Assembly: GCA_964407835.1 (NCBI GenBank)
Contig: CAYOXB010000001.1
Span: 45,174 to 109,173, forward strand
Source of the DNA: an uncultured Bacteroidales bacterium
GTDB lineage: Bacteria > Bacillota_I > Bacilli_A > ML615J-28 > CAG-698
Reading direction: 5' to 3'
Length of the DNA: 64,000 nucleotides
Notes under the pieces: model-generated
Databases searched by the model: none
The model's input: the letters and a program-made list of their open reading frames with translations, nothing else
Told to the model about the DNA's origin: nothing
In this document: piece after piece, positions 51,560-59,690 of the stretch
Position numbering within the stretch: position 1 is the first letter of the stretch
How the letters are laid out: each line of letters begins with the position of its first letter
Translations under genes and position numbers: made by a program

Positions 51560-52118
51560 GAGAATATTTAATGATTTTGTGAGAACGGTTAAACAAGACT
51601 CACATCGTTACTACTATATTAAAAGTAATTTATTAAAAATGCGCGAAGAAAACATTGATATAAATACTCAAATATATGGTGGTCAAACATTACTCCATGT
51701 TGCTTTAAAACTAAAAAACATTAGATTATTTAAATTGTTTTTAAAGTATGGAGTAAATCCGGATATTGCCAATGACTTAGGAGAAGCTCCTATTCATAAG
51801 GCCATTTTAAAAAACGAGTTTAATTTCTTAAAAGCCCTTGTAGGAAATGGCTGTGATATTAATCTTGGTGCTGAACTAGAACAAACTCCTCTTCATTTAG
51901 CTGTAATTACAGGTAATGTAGATATTGTTAAGTATTTAGTTGATAATAATGCTAGAATTTTAATTCAAGATGAAAATTATAATTATCCATTAGATTACGC
52001 AATTGATGAAGGAGATTGTGATATAATTAAGTACTTCTTAACTAAACAGGAAGTAGATGAAACAAGAAAAGAAAAAATTAATCAATTGATGGAAAAAGCA
52101 GGTGAAAAAGAATGTTGA
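51543..52118 (+). CDS. Ankyrin-repeat protein (about 4 ANK repeats), translationally coupled to the helicase
   Basis: 'GQTLLHVALK...GVNPDIAND', 'GEAPIHKAILKNEFNFLKALVGNGCDINL' and 'TPLHLAVITGNVDIVKYLVDNNA'. RBS AAAGAGGTA. Its ATG overlaps the helicase 3' end by 17 nt. Confidence 0.75.
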   Translation: MIRGSKRIFNDFVRTVKQDSHRYYYIKSNLLKMREENIDINTQIYGGQTLLHVALKLKNIRLFKLFLKYGVNPDIANDLGEAPIHKAILKNEFNFLKALVGNGCDINLGAELEQTPLHLAVITGNVDIVKYLVDNNARILIQDENYNYPLDYAIDEGDCDIIKYFLTKQEVDETRKEKINQLMEKAGEKEC

Positions 52119-52918
52119 AATTTCAAGAAATTTTGGATATGATTCGCTCTTATACTGGTGAATATTCTGTAATAGGGTTTGTTCGTTTAGGAATTGATGT
52201 ACTATTATTACTAGCAGTGTTATTTATCGTCTATAAGATAATGAAAAAAAGAACACATGGTGTTCGAGTTTTTCTAGTTGTACTTGGAGCTATTGCTTTA
52301 TATGCAGTAAGCTTTGTGTTCCAATTTAAAATGTTTTTAAAGGTATTGGATTATCTTTTCTTTTGGAGTTTAGGAGCTTTGTTAATTGTATATGCTGGTG
52401 AAATTAGACATTCGCTTGATTATTTCTTTGCACCTACAAAGGTGTCAGCTGCTTATTCAAACAAAGAAGAAAAACAAGAAATTATTAGTACATTAGTTTC
52501 AACTGCAGAGTTCTTATCTAAACGTCGTTTGGGTGCTTTAATAACAGTTGAAAGAGAAGACAATCTTAACTCTTATATTGATAAAGCAATTTTCATCAAT
52601 GGAAATGTTTCTCAAGAGTTACTAACTACAATTTTTACTCCAGGTACTGCAGCTCATGACGGTGCTGTAATTATTCGAAAAAGCAAAATAATGTGTGCAG
52701 CTGCCTATTTCCCGTCGACTGATAGATATGATGTTCCAAAATCACTTGGAACAAGACATAGAGCAGCGATTGGAATTAGTGAGAAGACAGATTCACTTAC
52801 TATCGTTGTAAGTGAAGAAACTGGCTTTATTTCTATTGCAATTGATGGTAATATTAACATTAATCAAACAGTTGAAAAACTAGAAGAAATGTTAGATAGA
52901 TATTTAATCAATAAATAA
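52112..52918 (+). CDS. cdaA: Diadenylate cyclase CdaA (c-di-AMP synthase)
   Basis: Three N-terminal TM segments plus DAC domain 'TPGTAAHDGAVIIR...LGTRHRAAIGISEKTDSLTIVVSEETG'. Its start overlaps the ANK stop (ATGTTGA). Confidence 0.9.
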   Translation: MLKFQEILDMIRSYTGEYSVIGFVRLGIDVLLLLAVLFIVYKIMKKRTHGVRVFLVVLGAIALYAVSFVFQFKMFLKVLDYLFFWSLGALLIVYAGEIRHSLDYFFAPTKVSAAYSNKEEKQEIISTLVSTAEFLSKRRLGALITVEREDNLNSYIDKAIFINGNVSQELLTTIFTPGTAAHDGAVIIRKSKIMCAAAYFPSTDRYDVPKSLGTRHRAAIGISEKTDSLTIVVSEETGFISIAIDGNININQTVEKLEEMLDRYLINK

Positions 52919-52939
52919 CACAAGGTCAATACAAAGTAA

Positions 52940-52967
52940 TTGAAAAATATTTAATTTATGATATAAT
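52940..52967 (+). promoter_or_regulatory. Promoter for the PAS/GGDEF-like gene
   Basis: -35 TTGAAA, a 16-nt spacer, extended -10 TGATATAAT. Confidence 0.5.
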
Positions 52968-53051
52968 GTGAATATATAGAAGGCTAAAAGGATAGAAAGA
53001 ATTTGGTTTAATTACCAAACTAAAAATTAGAAAAGATTAAAGGTGGATTAT

Positions 53052-54554
53052 ATGATTCCAGAATTAGTAGAATTAGTAAAAGAATATTATTATTTATTGT
53101 TTGTTGCTGGTCTAATTGTTATGTTTTTCTTAGTTTTAAGTATTTTACTTAATAAGAAAAAAGCAGCAATTGTTCCAGGAAGCCTTTTTGCTGTATATGC
53201 TATCCTATTTACAGTTTCTGTCTTCTATAAAGAAAAATTAACAGGTAGAATTATTTTAGCTTTTGGCATATATGTATTCCTTGAAGGAGTCTTTACCTTA
53301 GTTATGGCCACAATTTCATATCTTGAAAAACGTAAGTTTAATTTATTGTTTCAATTATCATCTTCGATTGATAGTGCGATATTAGTTTATTTAAATGAAA
53401 AAGGTGAAATAGTATTTTTCACAAAAGAATTCTTAAATATGTTTGATGTTAACAATGCAAAAGACTTTGAACAAATAGTAAAATATGTTCATTTAGGCGA
53501 AAGACAAATGTCATATAAGGCGTTTTTAAAAATCCTAACTTATGAAAAAGAAGAAGACTATGCACTCATTATTGATTTATTTAATACTAAAGAAAAAAGA
53601 TTGCATGTATCTAAAAGAAAGATTATCAATAATGGTAAATTACTTGGTTATGTATTAATCAATAAAAAGGATCAAGTATTCCAAGAAGATACACCAACAA
53701 CATATCAAGTTGATGCAATTAACTTAGTTAATGAAGCACTTGCTATTTATGAAAGTGATAATAATAAACTACTAATTAATAATAAAATGCAAAACTTACT
53801 CGGTGTAGATAGTGTAAATAGTTTAGATGAATATATTTATGCTGAAGATAAAAAGCAAATTGAAAAAAGAGCAAGAGCAGAAGGCGAAAAATCTAAGATT
53901 TACTATCGCATTAATGCTCAAAACAATCGTGTATGGGTTTTAGAGACTTGTACAATTGCTAGGGGCAAATTAACTAAAGTAGTTAGAGAAACAGACTTTA
54001 AAAACTTAATTTATAATTTTAGAGATTATTCTAAAATGGTTCAAGAATTAGAGCATAATATAGCAATGAGTACAAATTTTGCTTTAGTCTTTGTAACTCT
54101 ACATACACTTACTCAAATAAAAGAAAAAATTGGTAAAGATGCTTCAATGGTTCTTGCTACGCAATTCTTTATTAATTTAAATAATGAAATTAAAGATTTA
54201 AAAGTATTTGAAATAGGTTATTATAAATTTGCATTCTTTATTAAAAATGAAGCTGCATATAAAAATATTTTAAGAGATCTTAATAATAATGCTTCTAGAC
54301 TGCAAAAGACAAAAATTATATTTAATGATTTAGCATTTGAAATCAAGACTTATTTAGGGCTTGTGGAAAGCAAAAATGTTCTTAATCCAACGCCTGAATT
54401 AATGATTGAAGCTGCAGAAGGTGCATTAGAATTAGCTTCTAATAAAAACTATCCGAAAGACTTTAGCATTTATATTTCTAAAGTTAAAGAATTAGAAGGC
54501 GAAGAGAGAGAAATAGACTTAAGTGATGATTTTCTACAAAGGATTATGAAGTAA
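53052..54554 (+). CDS. Membrane-anchored sensor-like protein: 3 TM segments, PAS-like region(s), C-terminal degenerate GGDEF-like domain
   Basis: Hydrophobic N-terminus. PAS-like 'SSIDSAILVYLNEKGEIVFFTKEFLNMFDV'. Cyclase-fold-like 'ALVFVTLHTLTQIKEKIGKDASMVLATQFF...VFEIGYYKFAFFI', where YYKF replaces GGDEF. No YbbR repeats are visible, so it does not look like CdaR. Confidence 0.45.
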   Translation: MIPELVELVKEYYYLLFVAGLIVMFFLVLSILLNKKKAAIVPGSLFAVYAILFTVSVFYKEKLTGRIILAFGIYVFLEGVFTLVMATISYLEKRKFNLLFQLSSSIDSAILVYLNEKGEIVFFTKEFLNMFDVNNAKDFEQIVKYVHLGERQMSYKAFLKILTYEKEEDYALIIDLFNTKEKRLHVSKRKIINNGKLLGYVLINKKDQVFQEDTPTTYQVDAINLVNEALAIYESDNNKLLINNKMQNLLGVDSVNSLDEYIYAEDKKQIEKRARAEGEKSKIYYRINAQNNRVWVLETCTIARGKLTKVVRETDFKNLIYNFRDYSKMVQELEHNIAMSTNFALVFVTLHTLTQIKEKIGKDASMVLATQFFINLNNEIKDLKVFEIGYYKFAFFIKNEAAYKNILRDLNNNASRLQKTKIIFNDLAFEIKTYLGLVESKNVLNPTPELMIEAAEGALELASNKNYPKDFSIYISKVKELEGEEREIDLSDDFLQRIMK

Positions 54555-54571
54555 TTTAAGTTTTCAAATCG

Positions 54572-54600
54572 GGACTAATTAATTAGTCCCTTTATTTTTT
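54572..54600 (+). terminator. Terminator
   Basis: gggactaatt/aattagtccc followed by TTTATTTTTT. Confidence 0.8.
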
Positions 54601-54613
54601 AAAGAGGTATGAT

Positions 54614-55762
54614 ATGTTTGATGTTATTTTATTAATTGCTGGAAAAGGCAAGAGAACAAAATTAGATTATAATAAAACTCTATACTTGATTAATGATAAA
54701 CCTATATTTAAGTATTCACTTGATATCTTTTTAAAGATGAAAGAATTGAATAAGGTTGTTTTAGTCATTGATAAAGAAGATGAAGATATTGTAAATGAAT
54801 ATATTAAAGATATAAATTCTAATAAAATTGAAATAGTATATGGTGGACTTGAAAGACAAGATAGTGTAAAAAATGGAATCGATAAATGTTCAAGCGATGT
54901 TGTTTTAATTCACGATGGTGCAAGAGCATATATAGAAGAAGGACAAGTTCAAAGTGTTTATGATAATGCTAGAAGATATAATGCTTCTGCTTTAGCAGTA
55001 AAAACTACGGATACTATAAGAGAATTAAAAAAAGGCTCTTCAAACATTGTTGATCGCAATTTACTTTGGAATATGCAAACGCCACAAGGTGTTAATTTAC
55101 AGATGTTTAAAGAAGCTCTTAAAAAAGCATATGAAGATAATTATTATGGAACAGATGATTTAAACTTACTTGAAAAATATTTTGATATTGTACCTAAGCT
55201 TGTAGAAGGAAGTAAAAAGAATCTAAAATTCACAACAATTGATGATTTAGATTATTTAAAATTTATATTAGGAGAGCAAAAGATGGAATATAGAATAGGT
55301 CATTCTAATGATACTCATCGTTTAGAGGCGGGAAGAAAGTTAATCTTAGGTGGAGTTGAGATAGACTATCATTTAGGGCTAATTGGTCATTCTGATGCTG
55401 ATTGTATTTATCATGTTGTAAGCGAAGCTATTATAGGTGCTCTAGGACTTGGTGATATTGGAAGTCATTTTCCGGATAATGATAAAAAATACAAAGATCA
55501 AGACTCTAGTTATTTTGTTGTTGAAGCAAGGAAGTTAATGGAAAAGGAATTATATATTATCAATAATTTAGACTTGATTGTTTATGCAGAGAATGTTTAT
55601 TTAAACCCTCATATAAATACAATAAGAGATAATATTGCGAAGCTTTTGATCTGTGATAAATCAAGAATTAATATAAAAGCAACAAGAAGAGAAAAGCTAG
55701 GGTTTGTTGGTAGAGAAGAAGGAATATCAGCTGAAGCAGTAGTTTTGCTGAAAAAGAAGTAA
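54614..55762 (+). CDS. ispDF: Bifunctional MEP cytidylyltransferase / MEcPP synthase (IspDF)
   Basis: IspD N-half 'ILLIAGKGKR'. IspF C-half 'RIGHSNDTHRL...GHSDADCIYHVVSEAIIGALGLGDIGSHFPD'. Confidence 0.9.
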   Translation: MFDVILLIAGKGKRTKLDYNKTLYLINDKPIFKYSLDIFLKMKELNKVVLVIDKEDEDIVNEYIKDINSNKIEIVYGGLERQDSVKNGIDKCSSDVVLIHDGARAYIEEGQVQSVYDNARRYNASALAVKTTDTIRELKKGSSNIVDRNLLWNMQTPQGVNLQMFKEALKKAYEDNYYGTDDLNLLEKYFDIVPKLVEGSKKNLKFTTIDDLDYLKFILGEQKMEYRIGHSNDTHRLEAGRKLILGGVEIDYHLGLIGHSDADCIYHVVSEAIIGALGLGDIGSHFPDNDKKYKDQDSSYFVVEARKLMEKELYIINNLDLIVYAENVYLNPHINTIRDNIAKLLICDKSRINIKATRREKLGFVGREEGISAEAVVLLKKK

Positions 55763-55803
55763 ATATAAAATCATTAAGTAAAACGTTTACATTTCACTTT
55801 ATC

Positions 55804-55833
55804 TTGATATGGTAGTTTTCTAAATGATATAAT
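55804..55833 (+). promoter_or_regulatory. Promoter of the leader/ABC transporter operon
   Basis: -35 TTGATA, an 18-nt spacer, extended -10 TGATATAAT. Confidence 0.5.
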
Positions 55834-55856
55834 GATAAAAACTAAAGGAGTAAATT

Positions 55857-55922
55857 ATGACTAATATAATTATTAACAATTATTTTTACTTTTACTTTTT
55901 TCCAAGAGGATGTCATGTTTAG
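55857..55922 (+). CDS. Candidate leader peptide MTNIIINNYFYFYFFPRGCHV (21 codons) with 7 consecutive Tyr/Phe codons
   Basis: Strong RBS AAAGGAG 6 nt upstream. The codon run is tat ttt tac ttt tac ttt ttt. Lies in a 333-nt 5' region ahead of the ABC transporter. Confidence 0.5.
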   Translation: MTNIIINNYFYFYFFPRGCHV

Positions 55923-56043
55923 AACGCTCTTGGCTTTTTCTGGTAAGAAGTAAGTCATAATTTAGTTAGTGTTATTACATGATATCTATTTTAAACAAAG
56001 GTTAAAATAGTAAAAGTAATAACAACAACAAATGAAAAAACAG

Positions 56044-56080
56044 ATTGTGTTATTACTAAGGTATAGCACAATTTTTTTAT
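56044..56080 (+). terminator. Attenuator terminator upstream of the ABC substrate-binding gene
   Basis: Hairpin gattgtg/.../cacaat plus TTTTTTTAT. Upstream segments 'gtgttattac' (55969-55978) and 'gtaataacaac' (56016-56026) can pair alternatively with its 5' arm. Confidence 0.45.
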
Positions 56081-56095
56081 TATAAGGAGGTTATT

Positions 56096-57082
56096 ATGAA
56101 TATTAAAAAAATTATTATCTTATTATTAGTTTTACCACTTGCAATTTTGGTTGCTGCTTGTGAACAAGACGATCGAATTCAAATTGGTATTTTACAACTC
56201 ATAGAGCATAATGCTCTAACAGCTGCAAAAGATGGTTTCATTGATGGATTAGCTGAAGCTGGATATGTTGATGGCGAAAACATCACTATTACTCTTTTAA
56301 ATCCTCAAGGTGATGATGGTGTAATGGCTCACAGCAGTAAAAAACTTGTTAGAAAATCAGATTTGATTCTGGCAATTGCAACGCCTGCAGCACTATCTGT
56401 TGTGAACGAAGCTGAAGATCAAAAGAAAAATGTTCCTATTTTATTTACTGCAGTAACAGATCCAGTTAGTGCTGGTTTGATTGCTAGTAATGAAAAACCA
56501 GGTGGAAATGTTACAGGAACAAACGACATGAACTCTGTAGAGTTACAAATAGGCTTAATTAAGGAACTACTTCCTGAAGCAACAAAAATAGGTATTTTAT
56601 ATACATCAAAAGAACCTAACTCTAAAATCCAAGCAGATATGGCAGTAGAACATGCAGAAAGCTTAGGATTAGAAGTTGAAGTTAAAACAATTGCTGATGT
56701 AAACGAATTACAACTTGCTGCAAGTTTACTTGCAAGTTCTGTTGATGCAGTATATATCCCAACGGATAATACTATTGCAGCAGATATGGGAACAATTAAC
56801 AATGTTGTACTTGATAAAAAGGTTCCGTTTATAGTTGGAGAAACTAATATGCTTTATGCTGGTGGAAGCGCTACTTACGGTATTGATTATTATAGATTAG
56901 GTAAACTTACTGCTGAGATGGCTGTTCAAATCTTGAAAGATGGTAAAAATCCTAAAGATATACCATGTGTAGGTTTAACTGATTTCGCATTAGTTATTAA
57001 TAAAACACAACTTGATGCGATTAACCTTGTTATTCCTTCTGTTCTTTTAGATAAAGCAGATGAAATAGTAGATGATAAATAA
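56096..57082 (+). CDS. ABC transporter substrate-binding lipoprotein, COG2984/PF04392 family
   Basis: Lipobox 'LVAAC'; 'IQIGILQLIEHNAL...AIATPAA' is family-typical. Confidence 0.8.
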   Translation: MNIKKIIILLLVLPLAILVAACEQDDRIQIGILQLIEHNALTAAKDGFIDGLAEAGYVDGENITITLLNPQGDDGVMAHSSKKLVRKSDLILAIATPAALSVVNEAEDQKKNVPILFTAVTDPVSAGLIASNEKPGGNVTGTNDMNSVELQIGLIKELLPEATKIGILYTSKEPNSKIQADMAVEHAESLGLEVEVKTIADVNELQLAASLLASSVDAVYIPTDNTIAADMGTINNVVLDKKVPFIVGETNMLYAGGSATYGIDYYRLGKLTAEMAVQILKDGKNPKDIPCVGLTDFALVINKTQLDAINLVIPSVLLDKADEIVDDK

Positions 57083-58008
57083 TGGGAGTTTTAGATACAA
57101 TCAGATTGATATTACAAGATGGATTAGAGACAGGTCTGATTTGGTCTATAATGGCTCTTGGAATATTTATATCTTTTAGAATATTAGATTTTGCAGATTT
57201 ATCTGCAGAAGGTTCGATAATTTTAGGTGGTGCCATAAGTATGAGTTTAATTCTTAAAGGCTATAACCCCTGGATTGTTGTATTGGTATCTTTTCTAGGG
57301 GGATTTATTGTAGGGGCAATCACTGGAATACTACATACAAAATTAAAGATTGTTCCAATTCTAGCAGGTATAATAAGCATGACCGCCCTGTATCCTATTA
57401 ATCTTAGGATACTGGGGTCTGCCTCAGTAACACTAGGCCCAAGTAGTCAATACAGTACAGTATATACTAGATTGATTAATCTTATGGCAACTCCTGCTTT
57501 CGCAAAAATTATTACAACTATATTAATTGTAGTTGGTTTGTTTTTCCTTCTTTATTGGTTTTTTGGAACTGAAATTGGAATTAGTTTAAGAGCAACTGGT
57601 ATGAATAAAGAAATGTCTAGAGCTCAAGGAATTAACACTGATATTATGGTTATTTTAGGGCTAGCATTATCAAATGCTTTAATAGCTCTTAGTGGGTCTT
57701 TATTAGCACAAAGTAGAAGAAGTTCGAATTTGGAGTTTGGAAGAGGAACTATTGTAGTTGGGCTTGCTTCAATTATTATTGGTGAAGCTATTTTTGGAAA
57801 GAGAAGTTTTAAGATAGCTTTGATATCAGTAATAGTAGGAAGTATAGCTTTCCAAATTATAACAGCAACTGCTCTTGGTTTAGGATTCCCGCCAAATGAT
57901 TTTAAATTAATTCAAGCAATTTTAATGGTTCTTATTTTAGCTTTTCCTCTTTTAAAGAATTTAATAGAGAAGCATAAAAAGGTAGGCGTTGATAATGTTA
58001 AAGATTAG
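57082..58008 (+). CDS. ABC transporter permease (COG4120-like)
   Basis: Multi-TM. Translationally coupled (ATAATGG) to the substrate-binding gene. Confidence 0.8.
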   Translation: MGVLDTIRLILQDGLETGLIWSIMALGIFISFRILDFADLSAEGSIILGGAISMSLILKGYNPWIVVLVSFLGGFIVGAITGILHTKLKIVPILAGIISMTALYPINLRILGSASVTLGPSSQYSTVYTRLINLMATPAFAKIITTILIVVGLFFLLYWFFGTEIGISLRATGMNKEMSRAQGINTDIMVILGLALSNALIALSGSLLAQSRRSSNLEFGRGTIVVGLASIIIGEAIFGKRSFKIALISVIVGSIAFQIITATALGLGFPPNDFKLIQAILMVLILAFPLLKNLIEKHKKVGVDNVKD

Positions 58009-58798
58009 GAATGTTACAAAAGCATTTAATAAATCATTAAACCCAGAAGATTTAAAGATAGCTTTAAATGATATATCTTTAGATATTAAAGAAGGAGAAT
58101 TTATTAGTGTTATAGGAAGTAATGGTAGTGGAAAATCTACTTTACTTAATGTTATAAGTGGTTCTTTATTTGTAGATAAAGGTGAAATTATTATTGATGG
58201 TAAGGATGTTACCCATACGAATGAATGCAGAAGATCAAAGCATGTAGGGTTTGTATTCCAAGATCCACTTAAAGGAACTGCAGCTAATATGTCTGTTTTA
58301 GAAAACTTACTTATCGCTCACAGAAGAGCAAAGAGAAAAACTTTGAAATGGGGATTTAATAAGCATTTAGCTGAAGATTTTAAAAGAAGAGTTAAAGAAT
58401 TAAACTTAGGTTTAGAAACAAGATTAAATCAAAAAATAGGGCTTTTGTCTGGAGGACAAAGACAAGCATTAACTCTATTAATGTCTACTTTAGATAATCC
58501 AAGTATATTATTATTAGATGAACATACAGCTGCACTTGATCCTAAGACTGCAAAATCAGTATTAGAACTAACAGAAAAAATTGTAATTGACAATAACTTA
58601 ACAACGATTATGGTAACCCATAATATGAAAGATGCTCTTAGATATGGCGATAGACTATTGATGTTTAATGAAGGTAAAATAATAGTTGATGTTTCTGGAG
58701 AAGAAAAAAGCAGATTAACAATTAATGACTTACTTAAAATGTTTGAAGGTGCGAATGTAGAAATATCCGATCAAATGCTTCTTGCGAAAGGAATGTAA
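57989..58798 (+). CDS. ABC transporter ATP-binding protein (COG1101-like)
   Basis: Walker A 'GSNGSGKST', signature 'LSGGQRQ', Walker B 'LLLDEHT'. Confidence 0.85.
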   Translation: MIMLKIRNVTKAFNKSLNPEDLKIALNDISLDIKEGEFISVIGSNGSGKSTLLNVISGSLFVDKGEIIIDGKDVTHTNECRRSKHVGFVFQDPLKGTAANMSVLENLLIAHRRAKRKTLKWGFNKHLAEDFKRRVKELNLGLETRLNQKIGLLSGGQRQALTLLMSTLDNPSILLLDEHTAALDPKTAKSVLELTEKIVIDNNLTTIMVTHNMKDALRYGDRLLMFNEGKIIVDVSGEEKSRLTINDLLKMFEGANVEISDQMLLAKGM

Positions 58799-58871
58799 TT
58801 TGGAAAAGAAATGAGTATAATGCTAACATTTATTTTAAAATGTAGTATAATATATTCGACTGGAGGATTGT

Positions 58872-59120
58872 ATGGATACAAAAGTTTTAGAACAAGAAAA
58901 GAAGGTTAAAAATATTCTGAACAAAATTAGACCATATATCTTAAGAGATGGTGGAGACGTAGAGTTCGTAAATATTGAAGAAGGTATTGTTAATATTAAA
59001 TTGCTTGGCGCTTGCGTTGGCTGCGCTGCTGTAGATATAACTTTGAGAGAAGGGATAGAAACAATACTAGTTGAGGAAGTCCCAGGTATAATTGGGGTAG
59101 AAAATGTCGGAGACAAATAA
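58872..59120 (+). CDS. NifU-like (Nfu) Fe-S cluster domain protein
   Basis: 'LRDGGDVEFV...GACVGCAAVDITLREGIE'. RBS GGAGG. Confidence 0.7.
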   Translation: MDTKVLEQEKKVKNILNKIRPYILRDGGDVEFVNIEEGIVNIKLLGACVGCAAVDITLREGIETILVEEVPGIIGVENVGDK

Positions 59121-59505
59121 AATAAAATTTGGAAAAACATTTTATTTTGCATCTTTAGTTGTTGCAATTACAATATTTATTGTTGGGAAAGTGTTGCTTT
59201 TAAAGGATGAAACATTAGATGAAATTATAAAAATGAAGTATTCATTTATAATTCATTTATTAGTTTTTGCAGTAATAACACCAGTTGGAGTAGTTATAAG
59301 AGAGTATATGCTTCTAGCATACAAGCGTAATATTATGTTAATAAAGATAGCTTTTATTGCTGTAATGACGATAGTTAGTGTTATTACTTTACTAGGTAGT
59401 GAGGCTCAAACTCTGTATACATTGCTTACATTTTTAGCTTATGGTGTATTGATTGTTGCTTTAATACCGAGTAGTTCTTTTCAAAAGAAAACAGATCAAC
59501 AATAA
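59104..59505 (+). CDS. Small membrane protein (4 TM)
   Basis: Hydrophobic segments. Followed by the terminator aaataacgcat/ttta/tgcgttattt (59507-59535). Confidence 0.5.
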   Translation: MSETNKIKFGKTFYFASLVVAITIFIVGKVLLLKDETLDEIIKMKYSFIIHLLVFAVITPVGVVIREYMLLAYKRNIMLIKIAFIAVMTIVSVITLLGSEAQTLYTLLTFLAYGVLIVALIPSSSFQKKTDQQ

Positions 59506-59690
59506 AAATAACGCATTTTATGCGTTATTTTTTTGTTTTAATTAGAATAACAATAGGAAATAATCCTTAATCATAATATATATTTTACTCTTATTTGCCT
59601 TGTTATATTAGTGTTTTTACTAAGTCCTTTTGCTTAACAAATACTAAAATCTATGTTATAATTAATATAAGTTTTAGTAAGAGGTGTAAG

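Noticed and set aside
53052-54554. Calling the gene after cdaA 'cdaR'
   Set aside because: It has three TM helices and PAS/GGDEF-like segments rather than a single TM plus YbbR beta-repeats, so the positional expectation is not supported by the sequence.
55763-55856. Possible T-box or riboswitch upstream of the COG2984 ABC operon
   Set aside because: No T-box 'GGTGGTACC' motif is present, and I recognise no riboswitch core. The small Tyr/Phe ORF with an RBS makes a leader-peptide attenuator the better reading.
58801-58871. Promoter assignment for the NifU-like gene
   Set aside because: Two TATAAT-like hexamers are present, but neither has a convincing -35 at 16-18 nt, so it is not listed as a feature.
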